Assembly: GCA_000431135.1 (NCBI GenBank)
Contig: HF987891.1
Coordinates: 7,286 to 71,285, forward strand
DNA length: 64,000 nt
Direction: 5' to 3'
Origin: Clostridium sp. CAG:590
GTDB lineage: Bacteria > Bacillota > Clostridia > Lachnospirales > Lachnospiraceae
Part shown: positions 18,757 through 30,049 of the stretch, in pieces
Layout: each line of letters opens with the position of its first letter
Position numbering within the stretch: the stretch's first letter is position 1
Position numbers and translations under genes: made by a program
The notes under the pieces: generated by a model
Told to the model about the DNA's origin: nothing
Databases searched by the model: none
What the model saw: the letters and a program-made list of their open reading frames with translations, nothing else

Positions 18757-20541
18757 ATGGCAGAACAGAATTGGCTTATACGAATGAAAAGAGCAGATTT
18801 CGGTGCTCTTTCAGAGCAATTTCATATAGACCCGGTTGTAGCCAGAATCATGATCAATCGAGACATTCCGGAGACCCAGTTTGAAAGATTTTTGCATCCG
18901 GAGATAGAGAATTTATATGACCCATTTATGATGGAGGACATGAACCAGGCAGTCAGGATCATTATCCATGATATTGAAGAAGGACATCGCATTCGAATTG
19001 TATCGGACTATGATGTAGATGGTGTAATGTCTAATTATATCCTGTATGCAGGATTTAAGAGAGTTGGCGCGGATGTAGATTATGTAATTCCGCACCGGGT
19101 GAAGGATGGCTATGGCATCAATCGGGAGATTATTGAAAAGGCAGCAGAGGATGGCATCCACACGATTGTAACCTGTGATAATGGTATTGCGGCAAATGAA
19201 GCTCTCGCAAGAGCAAAAGAGCTGGGAATGACGGTTGTAGTGACGGATCACCATCAAGTGCCTTTTTTTATGGAAGGTGAGGACAAGCACTATATTCTTC
19301 CACCAGCGGATGCAATCCTGAATCCGAAAAAGGAGACGTGTCAGTACCCGTTTAATGATCTGTGTGGCGCGGGAGTTGCCTACAAATTAATAGAGGCGCT
19401 TTTTATTAAAAGAGAAGTACCGGAAGAGGAAATGCAGCAGTTTCTGGAGTTTGTAGCAGTTGCAACAATTTGTGACATTGTATCGTTAATAGATGAGAAC
19501 CGGATTTTTGCAGTGAAAGGATTGGAGAAACTGAACCATTCCGGGAATCTGGGAATGCGGGCGTTGTTACGGGTGAATGAATTATCGGATGTGACAGTGA
19601 ACGAATATCATGTCGGATTCAAGTTAGGTCCCTGCATTAATGCATGCGGACGGTTGGAAAGTGCAGTGGCGGCAATGGAGCTTCTGATGGAGACAGATAC
19701 AGAGACGGCTATTGCAAAGGCGACAGCGCTGAAAGACATGAACGAGGAACGCAAGAATATGACAATGGAAGGGACAGAGCAGGCAGAACAGTATATTGAG
19801 CAAATGGATCCGATGAAAGTCATGGTCATATATCTCGAACACTGCCATGAGAGTCTGGCAGGTATTATTGCAGGCAGAATCAGAGAGAGCTATCATCATC
19901 CGGTATTGGTTGTGGTGGACAGTGATGTCCCAGGCGTATTGAAGGGTTCCGGACGTTCGATCGAGGGTTATCATATGTTTGAGGCACTGCAGCAATGTAG
20001 TGACCTGTTGCTAAAATTCGGCGGACATGCAATGGCGGCGGGATTCTCGCTTCAGGCAGACCGATTTGATGATTTTGTTAAGGCGATCAATGATAATTGC
20101 ACACTTACACAGGAAGATTTTGTTCCAACTATACATATAGATGTACCGATGCCAATGTCTTATGTAACGGAGACGTTGATTGAACAGCTGGATGGGCTGG
20201 CACCATTTGGGAAAGGAAATGAAAAGCCGATATTTGCACAGAAGGATCTCAATGTGTTATCTGCGAAGATCATGGGAAAAGATCGTAATGTTGTAAAATT
20301 GACGTTAGAGGACAAAGATGGAGTAATCTCAGAAGGAATCTATTTCCGGGCACAGGAATTTGAAGAAAATATTGTCAGTTGGTTTGGACAGGAAGAATAT
20401 GATAAGATGTTACATGGATGGCTCAATAACGTAATCCTTAACATTATATACTATCCGGCAATTAACGAATTCAACGGTAAACGCACCCTGCAAATGCAGG
20501 TAAAACGCTATGCAATGGCTACCGTGCGTGAAGTCTTATAA
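18757..20541 (+). CDS. recJ: Single-stranded-DNA-specific exonuclease RecJ
   Basis: 594 aa; DHH (VVTDHH) and DHHA1 motifs. Confidence 0.9.
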   Translation: MAEQNWLIRMKRADFGALSEQFHIDPVVARIMINRDIPETQFERFLHPEIENLYDPFMMEDMNQAVRIIIHDIEEGHRIRIVSDYDVDGVMSNYILYAGFKRVGADVDYVIPHRVKDGYGINREIIEKAAEDGIHTIVTCDNGIAANEALARAKELGMTVVVTDHHQVPFFMEGEDKHYILPPADAILNPKKETCQYPFNDLCGAGVAYKLIEALFIKREVPEEEMQQFLEFVAVATICDIVSLIDENRIFAVKGLEKLNHSGNLGMRALLRVNELSDVTVNEYHVGFKLGPCINACGRLESAVAAMELLMETDTETAIAKATALKDMNEERKNMTMEGTEQAEQYIEQMDPMKVMVIYLEHCHESLAGIIAGRIRESYHHPVLVVVDSDVPGVLKGSGRSIEGYHMFEALQQCSDLLLKFGGHAMAAGFSLQADRFDDFVKAINDNCTLTQEDFVPTIHIDVPMPMSYVTETLIEQLDGLAPFGKGNEKPIFAQKDLNVLSAKIMGKDRNVVKLTLEDKDGVISEGIYFRAQEFEENIVSWFGQEEYDKMLHGWLNNVILNIIYYPAINEFNGKRTLQMQVKRYAMATVREVL

Positions 20542-20718
20542 TGGCATACTTTTGGTTCGTTTCAAATAACACAAAGAACGTGTAAAATCAGAGATGGTTT
20601 TATTGCATTTTTTACAAAATTATGATTGGATGTCATTTTTTCCGTTACATCTTAGAAAATATAGGCTATACTATATTTTATCGAGGAAATTGAGATCAAA
20701 AGAAAAGAAGGTGGATAT

Positions 20719-22986
20719 ATGGCAGGATTAGTAAATACGGACAAAGAGCTTAGTACACCAAAGGATTTTACACCACCGGAGGAATTGTACAAGACTTTAA
20801 TTGAGAAAGTACAGGAATATCATCCGAATACAGATATCACTATGATTGAGAAGGCATATCAGGTTGCCAGTAAAGCCCATGAGGGACAATTCCGTAAGTC
20901 GGGTGAGCCATATATCATGCATCCCCTTTGCGTCGCCATTATTTTAGCAGAATTAGAGCTTGATAAAGAGACAATTGCTGCGGGAATCTTGCATGATGTG
21001 ATCGAAGATACGGTTATGACGACGGAGGAGATTTCGGAAGAATTTTCTCCGGAGATAGCATTGTTAGTAGATGGAGTTACCAAATTAACACAGTTGAATT
21101 TCTCGCAGGATAAGATTGAACTTCAGGCTGAGAATCTGCGGAAGATGTTCCTTGCAATGGCAAAGGATATCCGTGTCATTTTGATCAAGTTAGCGGATCG
21201 TCTGCATAATCTCCGGACGTTACAGTACCAGTCTCCGGAGAAACAGATCGAGAAAGCAAGAGAGACGATGGATATCTATTCTCCGATCGCACACCGTCTT
21301 GGTATCAGCAAGATCAAAGTAGAATTAGATGATCTGTCTTTGCAGTATTTAGAGCCGGAGAAGTTCAAAGAGTTAAAGACAGAGATTGATGAACGATTAG
21401 AGGAACGGGAGAAGTTTATCGAGACGATTGTACATGATGTGAAGGAATGTATTGATGAGGCCGGCATTAAGGCAGAGATCAACGGCCGTGTGAAACATTT
21501 CTTCAGTATATACAAGAAGATGGTCAATCAGCATAAGACGTTAGATCAGATCTATGACATTTTTGCTGTGCGGATCATTGTAGACAGTGTCAGGGATTGT
21601 TATGCGGCACTTGGTATTATCCATGAGAAATACAAACCGATTCCGGGACGTTTCAAAGACTATATTGCCATGCCAAAGTCAAACATGTATCAGTCATTGC
21701 ATACAACGTTGATCAGTAAGAGCGGACAGCCTTTCGAGATACAGATCCGGACATATGATATGCACAAGACGGCAGAATATGGTATTGCTGCACACTGGAA
21801 ATACAAAGAGAATCTGACAGGAACAACCAAAGACAAAGAGGAAGAGAAGTTAAGCTGGCTGCGTCAGATCCTTGAATGGCAGAGAGATACAGAAGATAAC
21901 AAAGAATTTATGAGTACCGTTAAGACGGACCTGGATCTGTTTGCAGAACAGGTATATTGCTTCACTCCGAATGGTGACGTGAAGAATCTTCCGGCAGGCT
22001 CCACACCAATTGATTTTGCCTACAGTATTCATTCAGCAGTCGGCAATAAGATGGTGGGCGCAAGAGTCAATGGACGACAGGTTCCGGTAACTTATAATCT
22101 GCAAAATGGTGACCGCGTTGAGATCATCACCTCACAGAACTCAAAAGGACCGAGCCGTGACTGGCTGGCAATAGTCAAATCAGCACAGGCAAGAAATAAG
22201 ATCAATCAGTGGTTTAAGCAGGAATTTAAGGAAGATAATATCAGCAGAGGAAAAGAACTGTTATCGCAATATTGCAAAGCCAAAGGGTATAATTACGCAA
22301 CATATTCCAAACCGGAGCTGTTGAAAGCGGTTATGGTGAAGTATAATTTCCGCGACTGGGATTCTGTACTGGCAGCAATTGGTCATGGTGCATTAAAAGA
22401 AGGCCAGGTCATGAACAAATTGATGGAGACCTACCACAAAGAAGAAAAAGCACAGATGACAGAGGATGAGCTGTTAGAGCAGTTGAATCAGAGTGCAGAT
22501 CTTCACCGGACTAATCATTCCAAAGGCGGTATTACGGTTCATGGTATTGATGATGTGGCAGTCCATTTTTCAAAATGTTGTTCTCCGGTTCCGGGTGATG
22601 AGATTGTCGGATATGTCACAAGAGGAAGAGGAATATCCATTCACCGGACAGATTGTGTGAATATTGTTGGAATGAATGACACTGACCGGTCCAGACTGAT
22701 CGATGCAGAGTGGCAGGAAGATGCAGCAAATAATCCGACAGCAACGTATTCCACGGAGATCCGTATCTTTGCGGCGGATCGTACCGGTATGTTGTTTGAT
22801 GTTTCGAAGGTATTTACAGAGGCGAATATCAATGTGACGGCAATTAACAGTAAGAGTAATAACAAGAATGAACGGGCAACATTTACCGTATCATTTGATA
22901 TTAAGACAGTCGATCAGTTGAATCATGTGATCTCGAAGATCCGCATGATACCGGGAGTACTGGATGTAGAGCGTAGCGTGGGCTGA
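20719..22986 (+). CDS. relA: Bifunctional (p)ppGpp synthetase/hydrolase Rel
   Basis: 755 aa; HD hydrolase, synthetase (RelA/SpoT), TGS and ACT domains in order. Confidence 0.9.
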   Translation: MAGLVNTDKELSTPKDFTPPEELYKTLIEKVQEYHPNTDITMIEKAYQVASKAHEGQFRKSGEPYIMHPLCVAIILAELELDKETIAAGILHDVIEDTVMTTEEISEEFSPEIALLVDGVTKLTQLNFSQDKIELQAENLRKMFLAMAKDIRVILIKLADRLHNLRTLQYQSPEKQIEKARETMDIYSPIAHRLGISKIKVELDDLSLQYLEPEKFKELKTEIDERLEEREKFIETIVHDVKECIDEAGIKAEINGRVKHFFSIYKKMVNQHKTLDQIYDIFAVRIIVDSVRDCYAALGIIHEKYKPIPGRFKDYIAMPKSNMYQSLHTTLISKSGQPFEIQIRTYDMHKTAEYGIAAHWKYKENLTGTTKDKEEEKLSWLRQILEWQRDTEDNKEFMSTVKTDLDLFAEQVYCFTPNGDVKNLPAGSTPIDFAYSIHSAVGNKMVGARVNGRQVPVTYNLQNGDRVEIITSQNSKGPSRDWLAIVKSAQARNKINQWFKQEFKEDNISRGKELLSQYCKAKGYNYATYSKPELLKAVMVKYNFRDWDSVLAAIGHGALKEGQVMNKLMETYHKEEKAQMTEDELLEQLNQSADLHRTNHSKGGITVHGIDDVAVHFSKCCSPVPGDEIVGYVTRGRGISIHRTDCVNIVGMNDTDRSRLIDAEWQEDAANNPTATYSTEIRIFAADRTGMLFDVSKVFTEANINVTAINSKSNNKNERATFTVSFDIKTVDQLNHVISKIRMIPGVLDVERSVG

Positions 22987-23007
22987 TCGATAAGAAAGGA
23001 CGTATAG

Positions 23008-23655
23008 ATGGCGGATTTAGAGATTTTTCGGAAAACAGTTGGAGAGTTAGGGACGAATTGTTATATTTTAGTAAATCATGATCTTGGCGAATGTGTCGTG
23101 TTTGATCCTGCTGCAGAGGAAGAGGCACTTATAGAGATTTTCCATACACCTGAATTTCAACTGAAAGGAATTTTTCTGACACATGGACACTATGATCATA
23201 TCGGAGCAGTGCAGGCGTTAAGGAATACATTTCACGTACCCGTATATGCTTCGAAGGTGGAAAATGAAGAGGTGCTGAATGATATATCAGCCAACCTGTC
23301 TGGTATGTTTGGTACTCCCATTACGTTGCAGGCGGATGAACTGCTTCGGGATGGCCAGAAGATTGACATTATCGGAACAACGCTTACCTGCATTTTGACA
23401 CCGGGACATACAAGTGGCGGAATGTGCTATTATTGTGAGGAATTACAATCAGCCATTGTTGGAGATACATTATTTTGCGGCAGTGTAGGACGGACGGATT
23501 TTCCGACAGGCAATGGAACGGTACTGTTGGATTCCATCCGACAGAAATTATATACTTTGCCGGACGAGACGAAGATTTTTCCGGGACATATGGATGGAAC
23601 CACCATTGGCTGGGAGAAGAAGAGCAATATGGTTTGCGGGGCACATGAAGAATGA
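23008..23655 (+). CDS. MBL-fold metallo-hydrolase
   Basis: 215 aa; THGHYDHIG motif. Confidence 0.8.
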   Translation: MADLEIFRKTVGELGTNCYILVNHDLGECVVFDPAAEEEALIEIFHTPEFQLKGIFLTHGHYDHIGAVQALRNTFHVPVYASKVENEEVLNDISANLSGMFGTPITLQADELLRDGQKIDIIGTTLTCILTPGHTSGGMCYYCEELQSAIVGDTLFCGSVGRTDFPTGNGTVLLDSIRQKLYTLPDETKIFPGHMDGTTIGWEKKSNMVCGAHEE

Positions 23656-25133
23656 TATATTTAGAACAAAATGCGGAATATTTTAATAATGATATCCGGG
23701 CAATGCTGCAGGCTTTTTTTGATAACGAGAAGGTTGTCACCAAAGAGGATGGTACCAGACTTTCATTATATGTTACATACACGATGGATTCGGATGTTGA
23801 GACACAGGTTGCAAGCGGTGGGTATGTTACTTATTGTTTAGAAGATATGGATGGTTATCATCAGGAGAAAACGGTTGTGGTAGATTTTCTCAACCGGAAA
23901 CTTGCCAGAAATCCGTTAAAGGCAGCACTGTATCAAATGCTTTCTGAATACACAGGCAAGACGTTGCCGTGGGGAAGTATGACGGGAGTAAGACCAACAA
24001 AGGTTGCAACGGAGCGTCTCGAGCATGGAGCAACGGAAGAGGAGATCCGGCATTTATATACAGATACCTATCTGACCATTCCACAAAAGGCAGACATTTG
24101 TATCGAGGTTGCTAAGAGGGAACAGGAATTATTCCGGGATTTTGATTATGAACACGAATACTGCATCTATATAGGTATACCATTTTGTCCATCAAGATGC
24201 CTGTATTGTTCCTTTACATCTTATCCGATCGCAACCTATGAGGATAAAGTAGATGCATATTTGCAGGCGTTGTATCGGGAGATGGAATATGTGGCAACTG
24301 CTCCGGCATACCGGAAGAAACGGTTAGTTGCGATATATATCGGTGGAGGAACGCCAAGTGCCTTGTCTGCACTTCAGTTAGAAGAGCTGGTTATGCATTT
24401 ACAGCATACATTTGATATGCAGTATGTGAAGGAATTCTGTGTGGAATGTGGAAGACCCGACAGTATTACAATGGACAAATTACTGGTACTTCGTAAGCTT
24501 GGTGTGGAGCGCATCAGTATTAATCCGCAGACAATGTCAGATGCAACGCTTGAACTGATCGGCAGGGCGCATAGTGTAGAACAGACCAGACAGGCATATG
24601 CAATGGCTCGTGAGGCAGGATTTACGAACATTAACATGGATATGATCGTAGGGCTTCCGGGTGAGGAAATGGCAGAGGTAGAACATACATTATCGGAGAT
24701 TGAGCAATTAAGACCGGACAGTCTTACGGTACATTCGTTAGCGATCAAGCGTGCGGCAAATCTCAACATAGAGATGGAACGTTATCATTCATTGATCAAG
24801 GGAAGTACCAATGAGATGCTGCTTGCGGTAGATGCATGTGCAAGAAGAATGGATTTGTTGCCATATTATCTATACCGGCAGAAGAATATTCCGGGGAAAT
24901 TAGAGAATATCGGGTATGCACAACAGGGAAAAGAATGTATTTATAATATATTGATCATGGAAGAGAAATTAGATATTCTTGCCATGGGAGCAGGAGCATC
25001 ATCGAAGTTTGTGTTCCATAAGGAAAATCGGATTGAGCGTGTAGAGAATGTAAAAAATGTAGATGAGTACATTAAGCGGATTGACGAGATGATTGACCGT
25101 AAACGGCGGATGTTTGAAGAGGTGATGGGATGA
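23652..25133 (+). CDS. hemZ: HemN/HemZ-like radical SAM protein (coproporphyrinogen dehydrogenase family)
   Basis: 493 aa; GIPFCPSRCLYCSF radical SAM motif; 4-nt overlap with the upstream gene. Confidence 0.75.
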   Translation: MIYLEQNAEYFNNDIRAMLQAFFDNEKVVTKEDGTRLSLYVTYTMDSDVETQVASGGYVTYCLEDMDGYHQEKTVVVDFLNRKLARNPLKAALYQMLSEYTGKTLPWGSMTGVRPTKVATERLEHGATEEEIRHLYTDTYLTIPQKADICIEVAKREQELFRDFDYEHEYCIYIGIPFCPSRCLYCSFTSYPIATYEDKVDAYLQALYREMEYVATAPAYRKKRLVAIYIGGGTPSALSALQLEELVMHLQHTFDMQYVKEFCVECGRPDSITMDKLLVLRKLGVERISINPQTMSDATLELIGRAHSVEQTRQAYAMAREAGFTNINMDMIVGLPGEEMAEVEHTLSEIEQLRPDSLTVHSLAIKRAANLNIEMERYHSLIKGSTNEMLLAVDACARRMDLLPYYLYRQKNIPGKLENIGYAQQGKECIYNILIMEEKLDILAMGAGASSKFVFHKENRIERVENVKNVDEYIKRIDEMIDRKRRMFEEVMG

Positions 25134-25747
25134 TAGAGATCGATCGTGATGGGATTGAAGTAGATGAAATGTCGGCATATCTGACAGAAGACCTGAAAAC
25201 AGAGATTGCGCATGGAATTGAGGTAAGCCGGCTGGCCGGAATGTTAGCAAAAGAGCTGAAGTTGGATCCGGAGTTTTGTCATGATATTGAAGTGGCTGGA
25301 ATGCTTCATGATATTGGCAAATTGAGAGCAAGCACCTATCTGTACGGTGGGGATGATGATACGTTGAACGTAGAAAAGATGCGGTATGTCCGTCTGCATG
25401 CAGGTCTTGGATACGAAGTCGTGAAGGCGGAGGGATATTCGGATCGCATTTGCGAAATGATCCTTCATCATCATGAGAATTATGACGGCACCGGTTATCC
25501 GGATAATCTGGTGGGAGATGAGATCCCGCTTGGTGCAAGGGTATTGCGGGTGTGTGATGTCTTTGTTGCACTTACTTCCGACCGTCCATATAGAAAGGCA
25601 TTTGACAGTAAGACCGCTGTGGAACTGCTGATCGAGGAGGTAAGGCATTTTGATATGAAAGTATTCCTGCCATTTCAGAGTATAGTATATGATGAGATTA
25701 CAAACAGAGAATTGCAGGGAGACACGCAGGACAAGTTAGTATATTGA
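25130..25747 (+). CDS. Stand-alone HD / HD-GYP-like domain protein
   Basis: 205 aa; LHDIGK ... HHHENYDGTGYP. Confidence 0.75.
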   Translation: MIEIDRDGIEVDEMSAYLTEDLKTEIAHGIEVSRLAGMLAKELKLDPEFCHDIEVAGMLHDIGKLRASTYLYGGDDDTLNVEKMRYVRLHAGLGYEVVKAEGYSDRICEMILHHHENYDGTGYPDNLVGDEIPLGARVLRVCDVFVALTSDRPYRKAFDSKTAVELLIEEVRHFDMKVFLPFQSIVYDEITNRELQGDTQDKLVY

Positions 25748-25773
25748 TAACAGGTAAAGGAGAAAATGAGAAG

Positions 25774-27039
25774 ATGGCAATGAAGAAAAAACCGGTAACA
25801 GGTATGAAAGATATATTACCGAGAGAGATGGAGATTCGTGATTATGTGATCGGACAGATTAAGGAGACATATAAGACATTTGGTTTTTCAAGTATGGAGA
25901 CTCCTTGTGTAGAACATATTGAGAATTTAAGTTCAAATCAGGGTGGAGAGAATGAGAAACTGATCTTCAAGATCTTAAAACGTGGTGACAAGTTAACTGC
26001 AGCAGTTCCAAAGGCAGCAGAGGATGCAAATGTATTAGTGGATGGAGGTCTTCGTTACGATCTGACACTTCCGCTTTCGCGTTATTATGCGAATAATGCA
26101 AATGATCTGCCAAGTCCGTTTAAGGCATTACAGATGGGCAATGTATGGAGAGCAGACCGTCCACAGAGGGGTCGTTATCGTCAGTTCATGCAGTGTGACA
26201 TTGATATTTTAGGTGAGCCGACTATTTTAGCAGAGATCGAGCTGATCACGGCAACGACTACATTGCTTGGCAAGATCGGATTTGAGAAATTTACGATCCG
26301 TTTGAATAACCGTAAGATGTTAAAGGCAATGGCAGCCTACAGTGGATTTGGTGAAGCGGATTATGACAATGTATTCATTACGTTAGATAAGATGGATAAG
26401 ATAGGTCTGGATGGTGTAAAAGAGGAGTTGATCGAGCAGGGATTTGCTTTGGAATCCGTTGAAAAATGCCTTGCACTGTTTGCAAACGTGAGTCAGGACG
26501 TAGAAGGTGTCCGTTATCTGAAAGAGACATTAGGGGAATACTTAGAGACAGGCGTTGCAGAAGATCTTGAGACGATCATGGCAAGTGTGGATGCTACGAA
26601 GTCTGCTGACTTCAAGATTGTATTTGATCCAACGTTAGTAAGAGGAATGGGTTATTATACCGGACCGATCTTCGAGATCTCCATGGACGAGTTTGGTGGA
26701 TCTGTCGGTGGTGGCGGACGTTATGATGAAATGATCGGTAAGTTCACCGGCCAGAATACCCCAGCCTGCGGATTCTCAATCGGATTTGAACGGATCGTTA
26801 TGCTCTTATTAGAGAAGGATTATCAGGTGCCGGGCAAAGGCGAGAAGACAGCTTATCTTGTAGAAAAGAATATGCCACAAGATAAGATGCTTACGATTTT
26901 GCAGCAGGCAAATGAGAAACGTAAGAATGGAGAGCAGATCAATATTGCAATTATGAAGAAGAATAAGAAGTTCCAGAAGGAACAGCTTGAAAAAGAAGGC
27001 TACACAGCATTTGAAGAATTCTTCACCGATCGGATGTAG
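25774..27039 (+). CDS. hisS: Histidine--tRNA ligase
   Basis: Class II aaRS motifs including GGGRYD; C-terminal anticodon-binding-like domain; start moved to ATG 25774 (AAAGGAG RBS). Confidence 0.7.
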   Translation: MAMKKKPVTGMKDILPREMEIRDYVIGQIKETYKTFGFSSMETPCVEHIENLSSNQGGENEKLIFKILKRGDKLTAAVPKAAEDANVLVDGGLRYDLTLPLSRYYANNANDLPSPFKALQMGNVWRADRPQRGRYRQFMQCDIDILGEPTILAEIELITATTTLLGKIGFEKFTIRLNNRKMLKAMAAYSGFGEADYDNVFITLDKMDKIGLDGVKEELIEQGFALESVEKCLALFANVSQDVEGVRYLKETLGEYLETGVAEDLETIMASVDATKSADFKIVFDPTLVRGMGYYTGPIFEISMDEFGGSVGGGGRYDEMIGKFTGQNTPACGFSIGFERIVMLLLEKDYQVPGKGEKTAYLVEKNMPQDKMLTILQQANEKRKNGEQINIAIMKKNKKFQKEQLEKEGYTAFEEFFTDRM

Positions 27040-27091
27040 AAATCACCGGGAAATGTCTATATATAAAAATAGATACCGTGTAAAGGTTACG

Positions 27092-28144
27092 TTACCATTC
27101 TTTTATATATTTTTGAAGTTTCCTGTAAGTAATATTATATCCGCTTTTACTCCAGTGGATGCCGTCGCCGCCGCTATAAGAGGCTTTGAGAGATCCGGAT
27201 TTGTCAGCTAAGAACGAAACGGTATCAAAGTAATGAAGATATTTCTTACTATTGGCATATTTCTTTAATGCCTTATTAAAGCGCCGGACGGCAGGATTAT
27301 TCACTTCGGAGCTGTTACGGGTTGGACTTACGCCCATTACAACAATTTCCATGTGTGGATTTTTCTTATGACAGGCATTAAGTATCTTTTTGTAGGGATT
27401 CAGGATGTTGTCAATCTGTGTTTTGCCGGGATTGCCACCCAAACTGTTCATTCCAAGCATGATGATCATACGATCCGGTTTGTATTGAAGCAGACGTTTC
27501 ATATAATCACTTGTATAGTAGTTATAGGTATGAATACCGATCTTGGAAAAATCTTTGTTTGATTTTCCCTTTACAATGTTATATTCGCGAAATCCTGCCA
27601 TGATAGAATCGCCTACATAGGCGATTTTTTTTGCTTTTTTGCGGACAGTTGCAGATACGATCTTACTGTAACTGCTGTCGGAATAAGTCCGGGGATCGCC
27701 GGAAACAGCTTTCACTTTGTAATAATAGGTGGTGAACACTTTGCCGGTCTTGTCCGTGTATTGCGGTTTCCGGGTGGAGGCGATACACTTGTAGTTGCCT
27801 TTTGCGGATGTTGCCCGGTAGATCTCGTATTTGGAAGCATGAGCATTCTTAGTCCATGTTATATGTATTGCGGAATGAGAGGTGGCGGTACACTTTCTGA
27901 TCCGGACAGCTGCCAGCGGCTGAGTGATGGATTGTTCCGGTGTAGTGGTGTCTGATGATATTGCGGATGGTTCCCCGGCAGCAGGAGATGTTGCGATACC
28001 CATGCGGTTATCGGATGATTGTGGCTGGAATATAACAGACTGTGCGGTATGTACAGGCATGGCATATGTGGTAACGTTCTGACAAAGAAGGTATGCACTG
28101 CCAAGAAAAGCATATGTAAGTAATCTGGTTCGAAACATTTTCAT
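27092..28144 (-). CDS. Secreted SGNH/GDSL hydrolase with an N-terminal fibronectin-III-like domain
   Basis: Signal peptide; GDSIMAG block; MLGMNSLGG; DGIHWS. Confidence 0.7.
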   Translation of the reverse strand: MKMFRTRLLTYAFLGSAYLLCQNVTTYAMPVHTAQSVIFQPQSSDNRMGIATSPAAGEPSAISSDTTTPEQSITQPLAAVRIRKCTATSHSAIHITWTKNAHASKYEIYRATSAKGNYKCIASTRKPQYTDKTGKVFTTYYYKVKAVSGDPRTYSDSSYSKIVSATVRKKAKKIAYVGDSIMAGFREYNIVKGKSNKDFSKIGIHTYNYYTSDYMKRLLQYKPDRMIIMLGMNSLGGNPGKTQIDNILNPYKKILNACHKKNPHMEIVVMGVSPTRNSSEVNNPAVRRFNKALKKYANSKKYLHYFDTVSFLADKSGSLKASYSGGDGIHWSKSGYNITYRKLQKYIKEW

Positions 28145-28284
28145 AACATGATCCTCTTTTCTGCGTTATTGGGGCAGACGATGATCGCCCCTGCATCATA
28201 TTATAAAATTTATAAAATGCACGTCAATACGCATAGAACCGGAAACGTCAGCAAAATATTACAAAAAAATACCGGAATAGAGGA

Positions 28285-28977
28285 TTATTCCGGTAAAGTA
28301 ATACTGGTTATAAGATTCACGCGATTCCCTACGCATAAGGATAAGCTGATACCGATCGTCTGGCTTCGATAGTGAACAAAATTACTGATCAGCAGGAGAC
28401 TGTCTGCATTGGTGAGATGCAGTGGTTCCACCAGATTCTCTTCGTAAGGAAAGATGCGGATGGTCTGTGTGATGGTCAGTTCGTCCGGGATATCGTTCAT
28501 TTCAAACAGGTAAGGAAACAGGGAAGTAGATTCCGGCTGTTGGAACATATAGGTAAGACCGATTGGCCGGCCGGCCACAGATTCTAACACATAATTGGAA
28601 ACCAGATCGGCAAAGGCAGACGGTAATGCGGAATTAGCGGCAATATTGCGTACCTGTTCCGGAATGAAGGATATCTTTTCAGTGGTATATCCTTCGTTGA
28701 TCAGAGTGCAGTCCCTATAAGGAAAACAGTAGTATAGTAATTCGCGGTCTGTCTTTGGCGGACAGAGGTAGTAACCACTTCCGGGATGCCGTTCAATGAT
28801 CCCTTTACCGATCAGTACTTCTAATGCGTGGCGCAAAGTAACTCTTGTGACATTCAGCATGGTTGAAAAGTCGCGCTCCGAAGGAAGCTTGTCTCCCGGC
28901 TGCAGGTTGTGTTCATCTATATATTGTTTTACCTGTTCTTCTATATCAAGACTTAATAGATTATACATTTTTGGCAT
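28285..28977 (-). CDS. GntR-family transcriptional regulator
   Basis: N-terminal wHTH (LPSERDFSTMLNVTRVTLRHALEVL); 230 aa. Confidence 0.75.
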   Translation of the reverse strand: MPKMYNLLSLDIEEQVKQYIDEHNLQPGDKLPSERDFSTMLNVTRVTLRHALEVLIGKGIIERHPGSGYYLCPPKTDRELLYYCFPYRDCTLINEGYTTEKISFIPEQVRNIAANSALPSAFADLVSNYVLESVAGRPIGLTYMFQQPESTSLFPYLFEMNDIPDELTITQTIRIFPYEENLVEPLHLTNADSLLLISNFVHYRSQTIGISLSLCVGNRVNLITSITLPE

Positions 28978-29006
28978 GTTGAAAAGCCTCCTTGTGGATA
29001 AATCAT

Positions 29007-29747
29007 TTAGAATAACTGGGATGACAAGTGGAATTCGCCGTTGCGGATAATGCCATCTGTGTAATATTTGGCAAAGGTGGGAACTACCATAACTTCGGTA
29101 TGCTCTGCTACCAGACCGTCCTTTGTGGATGAGGTGATCTCGATCGAAACGATGGGGCTGCCTTCTTCTAAACCAAGTAAGCGTGCAAAGGTATTATATG
29201 TTCTGGAAGAAGAAAATACATGCCGGATCGTATGGATATGTATCTTGTTGATCGAAAACATATCGTATAAGGAGTATACCTGAAAATCGATCTGATCCTC
29301 ATTCTGAATGCTCTCGTGCAGAATGGTTGTATTCTCTATGGAAATAGGTATGTTATTGCCACTTCGTAAACGAACGATCTGGAACATCCCGGTATCGTCC
29401 GGTACGTGAAAAATATTGGAATACTTATGACCGGCAGCCCTTGTCTTAGTTGTAAGCACCTTGGAATTCGGAGTATAACCGGCCTGCCATAACAATTCAC
29501 TCATTCCTTTGAAATGAATGGCGGAATCATCAATGTCAGTCTTGATCACATAGGTTCCTTTTCCCTGTACCCGTTTGAGAAGTCCTTCTTCGATCAAGAG
29601 ATCGATTGCATTGCGTATGACATTACGGTTTACCTGTAATGTCTGTACCAGATCTCTTTCGGAAGGAATGGTAGTGCCGTAGGCGTATGTTTTATCTAAT
29701 ATATGTTCCCGGATGATCTGGGATACTTCTGTTGCATTGTCTGACAT
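29007..29747 (-). CDS. GntR/HutC-family regulator with UTRA effector domain
   Basis: Start at the internal ATG (MSDNATEV...) with GGAGAA RBS; the longer upstream extension is hydrophobic and spans the promoter; IPSERDLVQTLQVNRNVIRNAIDLL HTH. Confidence 0.75.
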   Translation of the reverse strand: MSDNATEVSQIIREHILDKTYAYGTTIPSERDLVQTLQVNRNVIRNAIDLLIEEGLLKRVQGKGTYVIKTDIDDSAIHFKGMSELLWQAGYTPNSKVLTTKTRAAGHKYSNIFHVPDDTGMFQIVRLRSGNNIPISIENTTILHESIQNEDQIDFQVYSLYDMFSINKIHIHTIRHVFSSSRTYNTFARLLGLEEGSPIVSIEITSSTKDGLVAEHTEVMVVPTFAKYYTDGIIRNGEFHLSSQLF

Positions 29748-30049
29748 ATCGTTCTCCTGTTCCACATTATCTATCCTGTAAGCAATGTACTGCGTATTGC
29801 TGTATAAGATAGATAGGTGTTGTGCTCTGCTAAATACTAGACATATTATAACAGAATTTATCTGGAAAAGAAAGAGAAAAACATAAATTGGTATATTAAA
29901 AATGCATCTGGTAAAACAATTGGTACATTTTAAATAAAAAGTGGTTGACACAAAGAATATAAGGTGGTATATTATAAACACAAAGTGGTTATGAACTTTT
30001 ATATGTGCGCACATCAGGATCAAATTTAATTTTAGGAGGATGATAAGAG

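Noticed and set aside
26987-28199. Several 60-85-aa ORFs on both strands inside and around the GDSL esterase gene
   Set aside because: They overlap a well-supported 350-aa CDS, and have no RBS and no recognisable motifs.
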